Below are positions 50,838 to 60,419 of a DNA stretch of 64,000 nucleotides, one piece after another. The stretch is from Candidatus Eremiobacteria bacterium (lineage in GTDB: Bacteria > Vulcanimicrobiota > Vulcanimicrobiia > Vulcanimicrobiales > Vulcanimicrobiaceae), in the NCBI GenBank assembly GCA_963758295.1, contig CAVWUU010000003.1, positions 128,001 through 192,000 on the forward strand. Direction: 5' to 3'. Within the stretch, counting starts at the first letter, position 1. The number at the start of each line of letters is the position of its first letter. The translations under genes and the position numbers were made by a program. A model generated the notes under the pieces. That model did not search any database, had not been told where the DNA came from, and was given only the letters and a program-made list of their open reading frames with translations.

Positions 50838-52054
50838 ATGCCACTGCCCGCGTCGCCGTCCTGAAGTTCGGCGGCACCTCCGTCGCGTCGCCGGAACAAC
50901 GGGCGGTTGCGATTGAGCGCATTCGCGATGCCAAAGAAAACGGGTTCGGCGCCGTTGCAGTCGTTTCAGCGATGGGACGAGCTCCGCACGCCTACGCCAC
51001 CGATTCGCTTCTGTTGCTTGCGGGCGCCGGCGACACCGGTGCAAATACCGATCTGCTCCTATCGTGCGGGGAATTGATCGCCGCGGCCGTGTTCGCAAAT
51101 GAGCTGTGCGCGAACGAGATCGAAGCGCGAGCGCTGAGCGGCGCGCAGGCCGGAATCATCACCGATGAAATGCATGGTGACGCCAAAATTTTACGCGTCG
51201 AACCGGCGATGATCCACGAGTTTTTAAACGCCGGGATCGTTCCCGTCGTCGCCGGCTTCCAAGGCGCGACCGCCGACGGTACCGTAACGACTCTGGGGCG
51301 CGGCGGTACGGATCTTTCGGCAATTGCGATCGGACACGCGCTGAGTGCCGAGCGGGTCGACATCTACACCGACGTGAGCGGCGCGATGACGGCGGACCCA
51401 CGGCGCATTCCCGAAGCGCGTACGATCGAAAGCGCTTCGCTGGAAGAAATGTCCGAACTCGCCGAACACGGCGCAAAAGTGATGCATCATAAAGCGGCGG
51501 CGTACGCGGAAGCGCGCCGTACGCCGTATGCAATCAAAGGGCTCGCGACCGACCGCGGAACGCTCGTCGATGAATCGACACGGCATGACCGAGCCGTCAC
51601 GGGCGTCACCGCGACCGGCGTGCTTACGTGGATTCGGGCGATTCGCGGCGACATCGAAAATGCGACGCAACGAATGCAAACGGAGCTCGAAATGTTCCGC
51701 CGCTTGGCCGAGTCCAAGATCTCGATCGATCAAGTTACCATCAATCAGGCCGGCGTTGCGTTCGCCGTGCAAGGCGATCGGGGCAATGACGTGCGTCGTT
51801 TGCTCGGCGACTTGAATCTTGCCGTGCGGGTGCGCGAAGGTTGTTCGAAGCTTTCGATCGTCGGCGCGGGCATGCGCGGGACGCCGGGTGTCGTGCATGA
51901 AATCGTCGCGGCGCTCTCAAGCGCGAACGTCGAAATCATTCACGCAACCGACAGCAACATCACGATTTCGGTGCTGGTACCGGAAAAGGACGTTACGCGC
52001 GCCGAGCGCGCCGTTCACGACCACTTTAACCTAGCAATGGGAGACCAGCCATGA
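50834..52054 (+). CDS. lysC: Aspartate kinase (DapG/LysC-like)
   Basis: KFGGTSV, VVSAMG, TTLGRGGTD, TDVSG...DPR and two ACT domains. Confidence 0.9.
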   Translation: MNATARVAVLKFGGTSVASPEQRAVAIERIRDAKENGFGAVAVVSAMGRAPHAYATDSLLLLAGAGDTGANTDLLLSCGELIAAAVFANELCANEIEARALSGAQAGIITDEMHGDAKILRVEPAMIHEFLNAGIVPVVAGFQGATADGTVTTLGRGGTDLSAIAIGHALSAERVDIYTDVSGAMTADPRRIPEARTIESASLEEMSELAEHGAKVMHHKAAAYAEARRTPYAIKGLATDRGTLVDESTRHDRAVTGVTATGVLTWIRAIRGDIENATQRMQTELEMFRRLAESKISIDQVTINQAGVAFAVQGDRGNDVRRLLGDLNLAVRVREGCSKLSIVGAGMRGTPGVVHEIVAALSSANVEIIHATDSNITISVLVPEKDVTRAERAVHDHFNLAMGDQP

Positions 52055-52944
52055 AGGCTCTTGGTTCCATCGTCACGGCGATGATCACGCCGTTCGACGA
52101 TCGAGGCGCGCTCGACGTAGTCGAAGCGCAGCGCTTGGCGCGTTGGCTCGTCGATCGCGGAAACGACGGACTTGTGATCGCGGGCTCAACCGGTGAAGGC
52201 ATGACGCTCGATGCGCAAGAGCGCAACGGACTCTTCCGTGCCGTCAAGGAAACCCTCCAAGGGCGCGCCGCGATCATTGCAAACGTCGGAACGAGCGATA
52301 CCCGCACGACCGTTGCCGCTGCGAAAGAAGCGCAAGCCGCCGGCGCGGATGCATTGCTCGTCGTCGTTCCCCCGTACAACAAGCCACCGCAGAGCGGGAT
52401 GCTCGCGCACTTCGGCGCGGTCGCGGATGAAGTGCCGCTGCCGCTCGTGATTTACAACATTCCGGGCCGCACCGGATCGAATATGTTAGCGGAGACGCAA
52501 CTCGAACTCGCACGCCGGTATAAAAACGTTGCGGGCGTGAAAGAATCCAGCGGCGACCTGAACCAGATTGCCGCGATCGTCCGCGATCGAAGCGAGGGAT
52601 TCAGCGTCTGGTCCGGAGACGACTATCTGTTTCTTCCTGCGCTCGCCGTCGGTGTTGACGGCGTGGTCGGCGTGGCATCGCATTTGTGCTCGCCCGAGTA
52701 TCGAAAAATGTTCGAAGTCTATCGCGCCGGCGACACGCGCACCGCAACCCAGATTCACTTGTCGTTGCTTGGCTTGATGAACGCGCTGTTTGCAACGGCC
52801 AATCCCATTCCGGTGAAGTGGGCGATGAATCAACTTGGTTTTAAAGCCGGCATGTGCCGTCCGCCGCTTGACGCGATGCCCGAAGCGATAGCCCAGCGGC
52901 TGCAGCCGCTGATCGCGCCGTATCGAAGCGCCGCGCCGGTCTAA
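52051..52944 (+). CDS. dapA: 4-hydroxy-tetrahydrodipicolinate synthase
   Basis: TAMITPF, GSTGE, YNIPGRTG, GVKESSG and NPIPVK. Confidence 0.95.
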   Translation: MKALGSIVTAMITPFDDRGALDVVEAQRLARWLVDRGNDGLVIAGSTGEGMTLDAQERNGLFRAVKETLQGRAAIIANVGTSDTRTTVAAAKEAQAAGADALLVVVPPYNKPPQSGMLAHFGAVADEVPLPLVIYNIPGRTGSNMLAETQLELARRYKNVAGVKESSGDLNQIAAIVRDRSEGFSVWSGDDYLFLPALAVGVDGVVGVASHLCSPEYRKMFEVYRAGDTRTATQIHLSLLGLMNALFATANPIPVKWAMNQLGFKAGMCRPPLDAMPEAIAQRLQPLIAPYRSAAPV

Positions 52945-53700
52945 ATGACGTCGCTCGAAATACTCGGCTGCCGGCTCGATGCGATCGACGCCACGGAAGC
53001 GACGCGCCGTATCATCCAGTTCGCGCTCAACGGTACGCCGTCGCTAGTGGTCACGCTCGGGACCGAGATGGTCGTTCAAGCGCAAAACGACGAACGGTTT
53101 CGCGCCATCGTGAACGCCTCGGCGTTGAGTTTGTGCGATACGGTTGGCCTGCTCGCCGTTGCGCGACGGCGCGGCGCGAATTTGCACGAACGCGTTACCG
53201 GCGTAGAGCTAATCGAGCACCTTTGCGCGCAGGGCGCTCGCGATGGCGTCCCGGTGTACTTTTTCGGCGGCGCGGAAGGCGTGGCGGCCGACGCAGCGGC
53301 GATTCTCGAAGCGCGTTTCCCCGGACTCAAAGTCGCAGGCACGCGCAACGGATTTTTCCGTCCGGAAGATGTGCCGGCCATTGCGGAAACGATCCGCGCC
53401 ACCGGTGCCAAGTTGCTCTTCGTCGGACTAGGATCGCCGCGTCAGGAGTATTGGCTGGCGGAAAACTTGCAGGCGTCCGGTTGCGCGGTAGGGATCGGCG
53501 TCGGGGGATCATTCGACGTTATTAGCGGACGCGTACAGCGTGCGCCGATGTTCTGGCGCCGTTTCGGGATAGAATGGCTTTATAGGTTAGGCCGGGAGCC
53601 GCACAGATGGCGTAGGCAGCTCGCGCTACCGTACTTTGTTTGGCTTATCGCGCTCGAGCGCTTGGGCCTCAGCGCAAAAAAGGGAAGAACCAGCACGTGA
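52945..53700 (+). CDS. WecB/TagA/CpsF family glycosyltransferase
   Basis: ERVTGVEL, LFVGLGSPRQE, GVGGSFDV and EWLYRL. Confidence 0.92.
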   Translation: MTSLEILGCRLDAIDATEATRRIIQFALNGTPSLVVTLGTEMVVQAQNDERFRAIVNASALSLCDTVGLLAVARRRGANLHERVTGVELIEHLCAQGARDGVPVYFFGGAEGVAADAAAILEARFPGLKVAGTRNGFFRPEDVPAIAETIRATGAKLLFVGLGSPRQEYWLAENLQASGCAVGIGVGGSFDVISGRVQRAPMFWRRFGIEWLYRLGREPHRWRRQLALPYFVWLIALERLGLSAKKGRTST

Positions 53701-54731
53701 AAGCGATGATTCTTGCCGGCGGGCTGTCGACGCGCCTCTATCCGCTCACCAAGCAGGTGCCGAAGCCGCTGGTTCCCGTCGGTGGAAAGCCGAACGCCGT
53801 GCATCTCATTCACTACCTGAAGGCGTACGGCTTCGACGAGATCATCATCAACGTCCATTACTTAGCGGACGCCATTACAAACAAGCTCGGTGACGGCTCG
53901 GAATTCGGCGTGCACCTGGAATACTCGCACGAACCGGAACTGCTCGGGAGCGCGGGAGCCGTGAAACAAGTGCAGCGGTTCTTCGGCGACCAATCCTTCG
54001 TCGTTGTGGGATGCGACGATCTTACCGATCTGCCGCTCGATCGTCTTCTGGAAATGCACAAAGAGAAGAACGCGATCGCGACGATCGGCCTCGTGGAACG
54101 CCAGCGCGTCGATCAATACGGCGTCGTCGTTTTGGACGAAGACGGCTGCATTCGCGGATTCCAAGAAAAGCCCGAGCCGGGAACCGAGCGCAGTAAACTC
54201 GTGAACACCGGAATATACGCCTTTTCACCGGAAATTTTTGCGCATATTCCGTCGGCCGAATTTTATGATTTCGGCAAGCAAGTTTTTCCGGAATTGCAAG
54301 CCGAGCAGCTGCCGTTCTACGGCTTTGATGCGCGCGACGCCTACTGGTGCGACATTGGGACGCCCGACGAGTATTGGCGTGCAAGTGCGGACTTGGTGAA
54401 CGGACGGTTTGCTATTCCCGACACCCGCGCAAGCGGTGCAGATACAAGCGCGCAAGTTGCATCAAGCGCGAAGATCGATCCGAACGTCTGGATCGGCGCA
54501 CAGGCGAGAATCGGCGAAAACGTTCGTATTGCCGGGCCTTCGGTAGTCGGCGATCGCGTCGTGGTGGAAGATGGCGCCACATTGGATCGCACGATCGTTT
54601 GGGAGGGCTCGACGATCGGCGCGAATGCGCGCATTACAAATAGTATCATCGGTATTCGGTATCTCGTAGATGCCGGTGCGGAGTTGAATCGCAGCGTGGT
54701 CGCAAACGAAGAGGTTCCTCAGCCGCACTAG
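53697..54731 (+). CDS. Second NDP-sugar pyrophosphorylase
   Basis: KAMILAGGLSTRLYPLT...PKPLVP, LLGSAG, YWCDIGT and a hexapeptide-repeat tail. Confidence 0.9.
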   Translation: MKAMILAGGLSTRLYPLTKQVPKPLVPVGGKPNAVHLIHYLKAYGFDEIIINVHYLADAITNKLGDGSEFGVHLEYSHEPELLGSAGAVKQVQRFFGDQSFVVVGCDDLTDLPLDRLLEMHKEKNAIATIGLVERQRVDQYGVVVLDEDGCIRGFQEKPEPGTERSKLVNTGIYAFSPEIFAHIPSAEFYDFGKQVFPELQAEQLPFYGFDARDAYWCDIGTPDEYWRASADLVNGRFAIPDTRASGADTSAQVASSAKIDPNVWIGAQARIGENVRIAGPSVVGDRVVVEDGATLDRTIVWEGSTIGANARITNSIIGIRYLVDAGAELNRSVVANEEVPQPH

Positions 54732-54762
54732 CCGGCCGGCGGATCCGCGTGATGGGCGAGCG

Positions 54763-55347
54763 ATGTCTCGCATCATCGATTTCCTTTTTCCGGCGCAATG
54801 CGCAGCGTGCGGAGCCGGGGGCAGCGGTTTATGTTTGCGGTGCGCGCCGATTTCGCGCGAACCGCTGCATCGAGCTCTTATGACGCTGAACATCCGTGCG
54901 GCCGGCGCCTATGAAGGCCATTTGGCGCGCGCGGTTCTCGCTTTGAAAAGCGGACGGCGCGACGTCGCCGACGCGCTAGCATTGCGGCTGGAGCCGCTCT
55001 TGCGCGCGGGCGATCTGCTCGTTCCCGTTCCCACGACCGCAAGGCGCCGCCGAATCCGCGGCATGGACAACGTCGTCGTGCTTGCGCAAAAAGCGTCGTG
55101 GCTGGCCGGCACAACCGTCGTGCCCGCATTGCGGCGCACCGGTGCCGACATGCAGCGCGGAAGGTCGCGCGCACAACGGTTAGCGGCTTCCGGACGCTTT
55201 CTTTGCGATGCTTCGGCGGTCGCTGCACGCCGCATTGTGCTCGTCGACGACGTATGTACGACGGGAGCGACGTTAGAAGACTGCGCACGCGTGATTCGCG
55301 CTGCCGGCGGAACGGTAGAAGAGGCAGCGGTCATAGCCCTCGCGTAG
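54763..55347 (+). CDS. ComF family protein
   Basis: Zn-finger CAAC...CLRC and PRTase motif LVDDVCTTGATL. Confidence 0.88.
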   Translation: MSRIIDFLFPAQCAACGAGGSGLCLRCAPISREPLHRALMTLNIRAAGAYEGHLARAVLALKSGRRDVADALALRLEPLLRAGDLLVPVPTTARRRRIRGMDNVVVLAQKASWLAGTTVVPALRRTGADMQRGRSRAQRLAASGRFLCDASAVAARRIVLVDDVCTTGATLEDCARVIRAAGGTVEEAAVIALA

Positions 55348-55355
55348 AGAAGGGC

Positions 55356-56456
55356 GTGCCCATCTCCGCTCTCGACCGGTTATATCTCGAGCGAACTTAC
55401 GAGTTGGCGGCGCGCGGAATCGGCAGCACTGCGCCCAATCCGCCCGTTGGCGCCGTCGTCGTCCGCGACGGAAAAATCGTAGGTGAAGGCTACCATCACA
55501 AAGCCGGCGAGCCTCACGCGGAGGTCAACGCCATTAGAGCGGCCGGTGACGTTCGCGGCGCAACGGTGTACGTTTCACTAGAACCGTGCAACCACGTTGG
55601 CCGTACGCCGGCGTGTTCGCTCTCGCTCCTTGAGGCCGGAGTCCGGCGGGTAGTTGCCGGCGCGATCGATCCGAATCCCAAGACCAACGGCGGCGGTGTC
55701 GCCCGACTGCGCGACGCCGGAATCGAAGTGACGATAGCCGGCGACGAACGCGCGCGCAAACTGATAGAACCCTTTGCGTTTGCGGTCATCCACGAGCGCC
55801 CGTACGTGGCGTTGAAGATGGCAATGTCGCTTGACGGTTGCATCACGTCGAAACCAGGCGTGCAAGAATGGCTCACGAGCGAAGCGGAACGCTTGTACGT
55901 GCGGGATCTGCGCATTGCCTACGATGCGGTGATGGTGGGTGCGGGAACCGTGCGTGTTGACGATCCGCAGCTCACTGTTCGTCCGCCGCGCCACCGGTTA
56001 CGTCCATTCACGCGTGTCGTCGTTTGCGAGACCGACACCGTTGCGGAGTCGAGCCGTGTTTTCGCATCGCTGGAAGATTACGAGAAAACGATAGTGCTTG
56101 CCCCGGCGGGCGCAAAGCAACGCTTCGAAAACCTGCGCGAGGTCGCTGAGGTGCTTTTTGTCGGCGATGAATCGGCCACGCAGCTCGATCTTTCCGATGG
56201 GATGAAAACGCTACGCGCGTTTGGCATCCAAAGCGTTCTGTGCGAAGGCGGTCCGACGCTCGGGGCGCGACTCATTGAAGGCGACGTCGTCGATCGCTTC
56301 TACTGGGCGATAGCTCCCGTGTTGCTGAGTAATGCCGAAGCGGTGCCGGTGCTGGCCGGTGCAAATCTTGCAACGATCGGCCGGCGCTTGCGGTTTGACG
56401 GCATGGAGCGCGCGGGCGAAGACGTGGTTCTCACCGGCGTATTGGAACGCGTTTAG
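55356..56456 (+). CDS. ribD: Bifunctional riboflavin deaminase/reductase
   Basis: PNPPVGAV, HAEV, LEPCNH...TPAC, SLDG and EGGPTL. Confidence 0.95.
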   Translation: MPISALDRLYLERTYELAARGIGSTAPNPPVGAVVVRDGKIVGEGYHHKAGEPHAEVNAIRAAGDVRGATVYVSLEPCNHVGRTPACSLSLLEAGVRRVVAGAIDPNPKTNGGGVARLRDAGIEVTIAGDERARKLIEPFAFAVIHERPYVALKMAMSLDGCITSKPGVQEWLTSEAERLYVRDLRIAYDAVMVGAGTVRVDDPQLTVRPPRHRLRPFTRVVVCETDTVAESSRVFASLEDYEKTIVLAPAGAKQRFENLREVAEVLFVGDESATQLDLSDGMKTLRAFGIQSVLCEGGPTLGARLIEGDVVDRFYWAIAPVLLSNAEAVPVLAGANLATIGRRLRFDGMERAGEDVVLTGVLERV

Positions 56457-56469
56457 GGAAGCGAAAACG

Positions 56470-57069
56470 ATGTTTAGCGGATTGATTGGATATCGAGGCC
56501 ACGTCGCGGCGCTCGAACCGCGTGAAGAAGGCGGCGTCACGCTGCGGCTTCATTGCGAGGGCGTGACGGAAGAAGCGCCGCAAGTGAAAGATTCTATCGC
56601 GGTGAACGGCGTGTGCCTGACGGCAACGGCGATCGACGGCGACGTGGTCGCCTTCGACGTCGTTCCGGAAACGCTTCAGCGCTCGTCGCTCGGAACGCTC
56701 GGTGAAAACGAAAGCGTAAACCTCGAGTACTCATTGCGAATCGGCGATCGTATGGGCGGGCATTTCGTCTACGGGCACGTCGATCGCAGTGCAGCGATCT
56801 TGACACGAACGCCCGAAGGTCAAGGCGAACGCGTGCGTATCGAACGTCCGGCCGCCCTTGCGCCAATGATTGCGGAGAAAGCCTTCGTGGCAGTCGACGG
56901 CGTAAGCGTTACGGTCGCCGCGGCCGGCGATGGCTGGTTCGAAATCGCACTCATTCCCGAGACGCTAGCGCGTACGACGCTCGGTGAACGTTCAGAAGGT
57001 TCGTGTGTAAATTTGGAAGTCGACCCGATGGCCCGGTACGCGCATTCGGTGCTGGAGGCCATGCGTTGA
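56470..57069 (+). CDS. ribE: Riboflavin synthase
   Basis: MFSGLI, SIAVNGVCLT, GGHFVYGHVD and VNLEVD. Confidence 0.95.
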   Translation: MFSGLIGYRGHVAALEPREEGGVTLRLHCEGVTEEAPQVKDSIAVNGVCLTATAIDGDVVAFDVVPETLQRSSLGTLGENESVNLEYSLRIGDRMGGHFVYGHVDRSAAILTRTPEGQGERVRIERPAALAPMIAEKAFVAVDGVSVTVAAAGDGWFEIALIPETLARTTLGERSEGSCVNLEVDPMARYAHSVLEAMR

Positions 57070-57515
57070 AATTTCGCGATTCGTTGCCGGCCGGCGCGCG
57101 TGTCTTCGAGGCGCGTCTCACGGTACAGTGGGCCGACGTCGATATAGCGGGCATCATGTACTTCGCGGCGTATTGGCGTTTCGCCGAATACGCTGAAATG
57201 GAGATGTTCGGCGAACTCGGCTTTCCGTATAACACGGTCTTCGACGATTTAGACTTCTGGTTACCGCGCGTTCGCGTCGAAGCAGAATACCATGCGTCGG
57301 CCCTAATGGGCGACGTCATGCGGATGCGGACGCACCTCGAAAAAGTCGGCGCATCGAGCGTGAAGTGGAAAACCGTGCTCTTCAACGATTCTACCGGCAT
57401 TGCAAGCGCCGTCATGACGCTGACCGTGGCATGCATGAATCGTGCGACGAAGCGCAGCCAAGCCTTGCCGGCCCAGCTGCGCGAGAAGTTGCTCGCAGCG
57501 TGGACGCCGGTTTAA
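57066..57515 (+). CDS. Acyl-CoA thioesterase (hot-dog fold, 4HBT-like)
   Basis: VQWADVDIAGIMYFAAY motif. Confidence 0.85.
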   Translation: MKFRDSLPAGARVFEARLTVQWADVDIAGIMYFAAYWRFAEYAEMEMFGELGFPYNTVFDDLDFWLPRVRVEAEYHASALMGDVMRMRTHLEKVGASSVKWKTVLFNDSTGIASAVMTLTVACMNRATKRSQALPAQLREKLLAAWTPV

Positions 57516-58075
57516 CGCTTTCGTAGCAGTGCAATCGCTTGTTGCGCGCGCTCGTCGCTAAAGTGCGTAGCAAGTTCGCCGAGCGTCTGCGGGACCGACG
57601 ACATAATGACGCCCGCATGAACCATGCGCGCGATAGACGCCCGTTCGCTGCGTTCCGAGGCGCCGTTGCACGCATCCAACACGACGCGCGCTTCGAAGCC
57701 GGCCTCCAGCGCGTGCAACGCTGCACGTTGAACGGCAATTTCCGTAACGACCCCGGCTAGAAGAAGCGTGCGGCGTCCCGTCGCATCGATCGACGAGCGA
57801 AGAGCCTCATCGTCTAACGAATCCGTGCCTTGACGCACGTGGAGCGGAAAATCGTCGCCAAGGACGTCTTCAAGCCGCCTAGTTAACTTGGGGTCCTTCC
57901 CGAGCGCAATAGCAGACACCACGATCGGGATGCCGTAGATCTGCGCCGCCTGCGCGAGCACCGCCGCCGTCTTATCGGTCTCGTGATGGTCGCTCGTGCG
58001 GGCACCTTCCGCAATGCCCTCTTGATGATCGACGAACAGCACTAGGGCGCGGTCGGCAAGGTCGTTCAGGTTCAT
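57512..58075 (-). CDS. Isochorismatase/YcaC-like protein lacking the catalytic Cys
   Basis: LFVDHQ, GVVTEIAV (Cys position is Ala) and VVLDACNG. Confidence 0.85.
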   Translation of the reverse strand: MNLNDLADRALVLFVDHQEGIAEGARTSDHHETDKTAAVLAQAAQIYGIPIVVSAIALGKDPKLTRRLEDVLGDDFPLHVRQGTDSLDDEALRSSIDATGRRTLLLAGVVTEIAVQRAALHALEAGFEARVVLDACNGASERSERASIARMVHAGVIMSSVPQTLGELATHFSDERAQQAIALLRKR

Positions 58076-58085
58076 TGCGCCGTTA

Positions 58086-58090
58086 TACCC
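58086..58090 (-). promoter_or_regulatory. GGGTA motif 10 nt before ATG
   Basis: Minus strand GGGTA-taacggcgca-ATG. Confidence 0.6.
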
Positions 58091-58110
58091 GCCGTTTTGG
58101 CGACCGTTGA

Positions 58111-58142
58111 ACTTGACACTTGTAAAGTCCGGGCCGTAGGCT
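58111..58142 (+). promoter_or_regulatory. Sigma70 promoter of ribBA (leaderless) with overlapping palindrome
   Basis: TTGACA(58113-58118)-N18-TAGGCT(58137-58142)-N7-ATG. Inverted repeat ACTTGACA-ct-TGTAAAGT at 58111-58128. Confidence 0.7.
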
Positions 58143-58149
58143 ACGCCAT

Positions 58150-59559
58150 ATGACCGCTTTTGCCCATCAGCTGAACTCCGCCATGGAGGCCGCAGGCCTC
58201 TCCGCGGCCGAGCTCGCCCAAAAAGCCGGCGTCACGGAATCAGCGGTATCGCTGCTTCGTTCCGGCCGCCGAGAACCTTCGTATAAGACGTTGCAGCGTC
58301 TCACGGGCGTGCTGCCCGATTTGGTTCCGTCACAGGCGCAAGATTCGAACCCCTTCGACATGATTGAAGACGCGATCGATGATATTCGCGCCGGCAAGAT
58401 GGTCGTCGTGCTCGACGACGAGGACCGCGAAAACGAAGGCGACCTTGTGATGGCGGCTCAGATGGTCAGTTCCGAAGCCATCAACTTCATGCGCAAGGAG
58501 GCCGGCGGACTCATCTGCGTGCCGATGCTCGGAAGACGGTTGGACGAGCTGCAGATTCCGCAGATGGTTTCGGACAACACGGCGGTCCACGAAACGGCTT
58601 TCACGGTTTCGGTTGAAGCGCGCGGCGTAACGACGACGGGAATTTCGGCGCAAGATCGCGCCGCAACGATCAAGATGCTGCTCGATCCGGAAGCGACTGC
58701 AGCGGATTTACTGCGTCCCGGTCACACCTTTCCGTTACGCGCCCGGGACGGCGGCGTGCTTGTCCGCGCCGGTCAGACCGAAGCGTCGGTCGATCTCGCA
58801 CGACTCGCGGGACTGTATCCGGCGGGCGTCATTTGCGAAATCATGGCCGAAGACGGAACGATGGAGCGACTCGAGGGGTTACGGAAGTATGCCGACCGCC
58901 ATGGGCTTCGGCTTATCACCGTAAAGGATCTCATAGCCTACCGTATGCGCACAGAAAAACTCGTCAAAAGAGTCGCAGAATTCGAGCTTCCCGCCACGAC
59001 CGGAAATTGGAAGGGCGTTGCTTACGAGAGCACCATCGACGGCAACACTCACGTCGCGCTCGTCATGGGGGACATCAGCAGCGGCAAAGACGTGCTCGTG
59101 CGCGTGCACTCCGAGTGTCTCACCGGCGACGCGCTGCACTCGATTCGTTGTGACTGCGCGGCCCAGCGTGACGGCGCAATGGCCATGATCGCTCACGGCG
59201 GCCGCGGTGTTTTCTTGTACTTGCGGCAGGAAGGGCGCGGCATTGGCCTTGCCAACAAGCTTCGCGCGTACGAACTACAAGATAAGGGAGCGGACACGGT
59301 CGAAGCAAACCTCGCGCTCGGGCTGCCGGTCGACAAGCGCGACTACGGCATCGGCTCGCAAATCCTCGCCGATCTGGGCGTCAAAGAAATGCGCCTCATC
59401 ACGAACAATCCGCGCAAAATTTTTGGCCTCGAAGGCTACGGCATCAAAATCACCGATCGCGTGCCGATGCAGACGAAGCCGACGGTCTACAACAAGCATT
59501 ACATGGCGACGAAGCGCGCGAAGCTCGGCCACATGTTCGACGACACGGTGGCTTCGTGA
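58150..59559 (+). CDS. ribBA: DHBP synthase / GTP cyclohydrolase II with N-terminal XRE-type HTH
   Basis: N-terminal LSAAELAQKAGVTESAVSLLRSGRREPS, then DDEDRENEGD, RVHSECLTGD, RCDC and QEGRGIGL. Confidence 0.93.
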   Translation: MTAFAHQLNSAMEAAGLSAAELAQKAGVTESAVSLLRSGRREPSYKTLQRLTGVLPDLVPSQAQDSNPFDMIEDAIDDIRAGKMVVVLDDEDRENEGDLVMAAQMVSSEAINFMRKEAGGLICVPMLGRRLDELQIPQMVSDNTAVHETAFTVSVEARGVTTTGISAQDRAATIKMLLDPEATAADLLRPGHTFPLRARDGGVLVRAGQTEASVDLARLAGLYPAGVICEIMAEDGTMERLEGLRKYADRHGLRLITVKDLIAYRMRTEKLVKRVAEFELPATTGNWKGVAYESTIDGNTHVALVMGDISSGKDVLVRVHSECLTGDALHSIRCDCAAQRDGAMAMIAHGGRGVFLYLRQEGRGIGLANKLRAYELQDKGADTVEANLALGLPVDKRDYGIGSQILADLGVKEMRLITNNPRKIFGLEGYGIKITDRVPMQTKPTVYNKHYMATKRAKLGHMFDDTVAS

Positions 59560-60053
59560 AGCTAAACGGATCCAGCCGTCCGCAGCCCGGGGTGCCGGAC
59601 TGCAACGGCAAGCGGTTTGCCGTCGTTGCGGCACGGTTTTATCGCGAACTCACGGATTGGCTCATTGACGGCGCGAAGCGCGCGTTGCGCGACGCGAACG
59701 TCGATGAAGCGGATATTTCGGTTTACGAAGTCCCGGGATGTTTCGAGTTGCCGCTCGCGTGCCGTCGTCTTATCGATCAGGATCGCGTTGATGGAATCGT
59801 TGCCGTCGGCGTCGTGATTCGAGGCGACACGCCGCATTTTGATTTCGTTGCGGGTGAGTGCGCGCGCGGAATCATGGACGTGCAACTGATGACCGGCGTG
59901 CCGATCGGCTTCGGCGTCTTGACCACAGAGAATCTTGTGCAGGCCGAAGAACGGGCCGATCCGAGGCGCGGAGATAAGGGATACGAGGCAGCCGTTGCGG
60001 CTGCGACCCTCATGCACATTCCCGCCGACCTTCCTCGCGCCGGCTTTCGGTAA
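59556..60053 (+). CDS. ribH: 6,7-dimethyl-8-ribityllumazine synthase
   Basis: VPGCFELP, VIRGDTPHFDFV and GVLTT. Confidence 0.95.
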   Translation: MKLNGSSRPQPGVPDCNGKRFAVVAARFYRELTDWLIDGAKRALRDANVDEADISVYEVPGCFELPLACRRLIDQDRVDGIVAVGVVIRGDTPHFDFVAGECARGIMDVQLMTGVPIGFGVLTTENLVQAEERADPRRGDKGYEAAVAAATLMHIPADLPRAGFR

Positions 60054-60068
60054 AAGATCTGCGGGAGC

Positions 60069-60073
60069 GGGTA
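60069..60073 (+). promoter_or_regulatory. GGGTA motif 10 nt before ATG
   Basis: GGGTA-cgctctgcgc-ATG. Confidence 0.6.
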
Positions 60074-60083
60074 CGCTCTGCGC

Positions 60084-60308
60084 ATGCAAGACCGCAATCA
60101 AAAAACGCTAGACGGCGAGCCGCTCGTAGATCGCGGCACGATCGAATCCCGACGCGACGAAGAGACGCAAGAAATGGAACAAAATCCGCCGGTGGACGAA
60201 ACGGATTCCGGACCGCAACCGGTTCTCGGGAGCAATGACGCCGAGCCGCGCAATACCAACCAAGAGAAGCATCCCACGATAGCAGCGGAAGACGCCAAAG
60301 ACACGTAA
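60084..60308 (+). CDS. Small acidic hydrophilic protein
   Basis: 74 aa, rich in D/E/Q/N/P, preceded by the GGGTA motif. Confidence 0.6.
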   Translation: MQDRNQKTLDGEPLVDRGTIESRRDEETQEMEQNPPVDETDSGPQPVLGSNDAEPRNTNQEKHPTIAAEDAKDT

Positions 60309-60419
60309 CGTCGAGAGGGTCGGGCGACGCTTGGCCGGTATGCGGGGCAAAGGAGGGGTTCGCTTACCAAAGTCGCATTAAGCTTGCCCTAACCCATCAG
60401 CGTGTGGAGGCCTCGACCC

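Noticed and set aside
55300..58150. FMN riboswitch for the rib genes
   Set aside because: No RFN consensus is present. ribD follows comF directly and ribBA appears leaderless.
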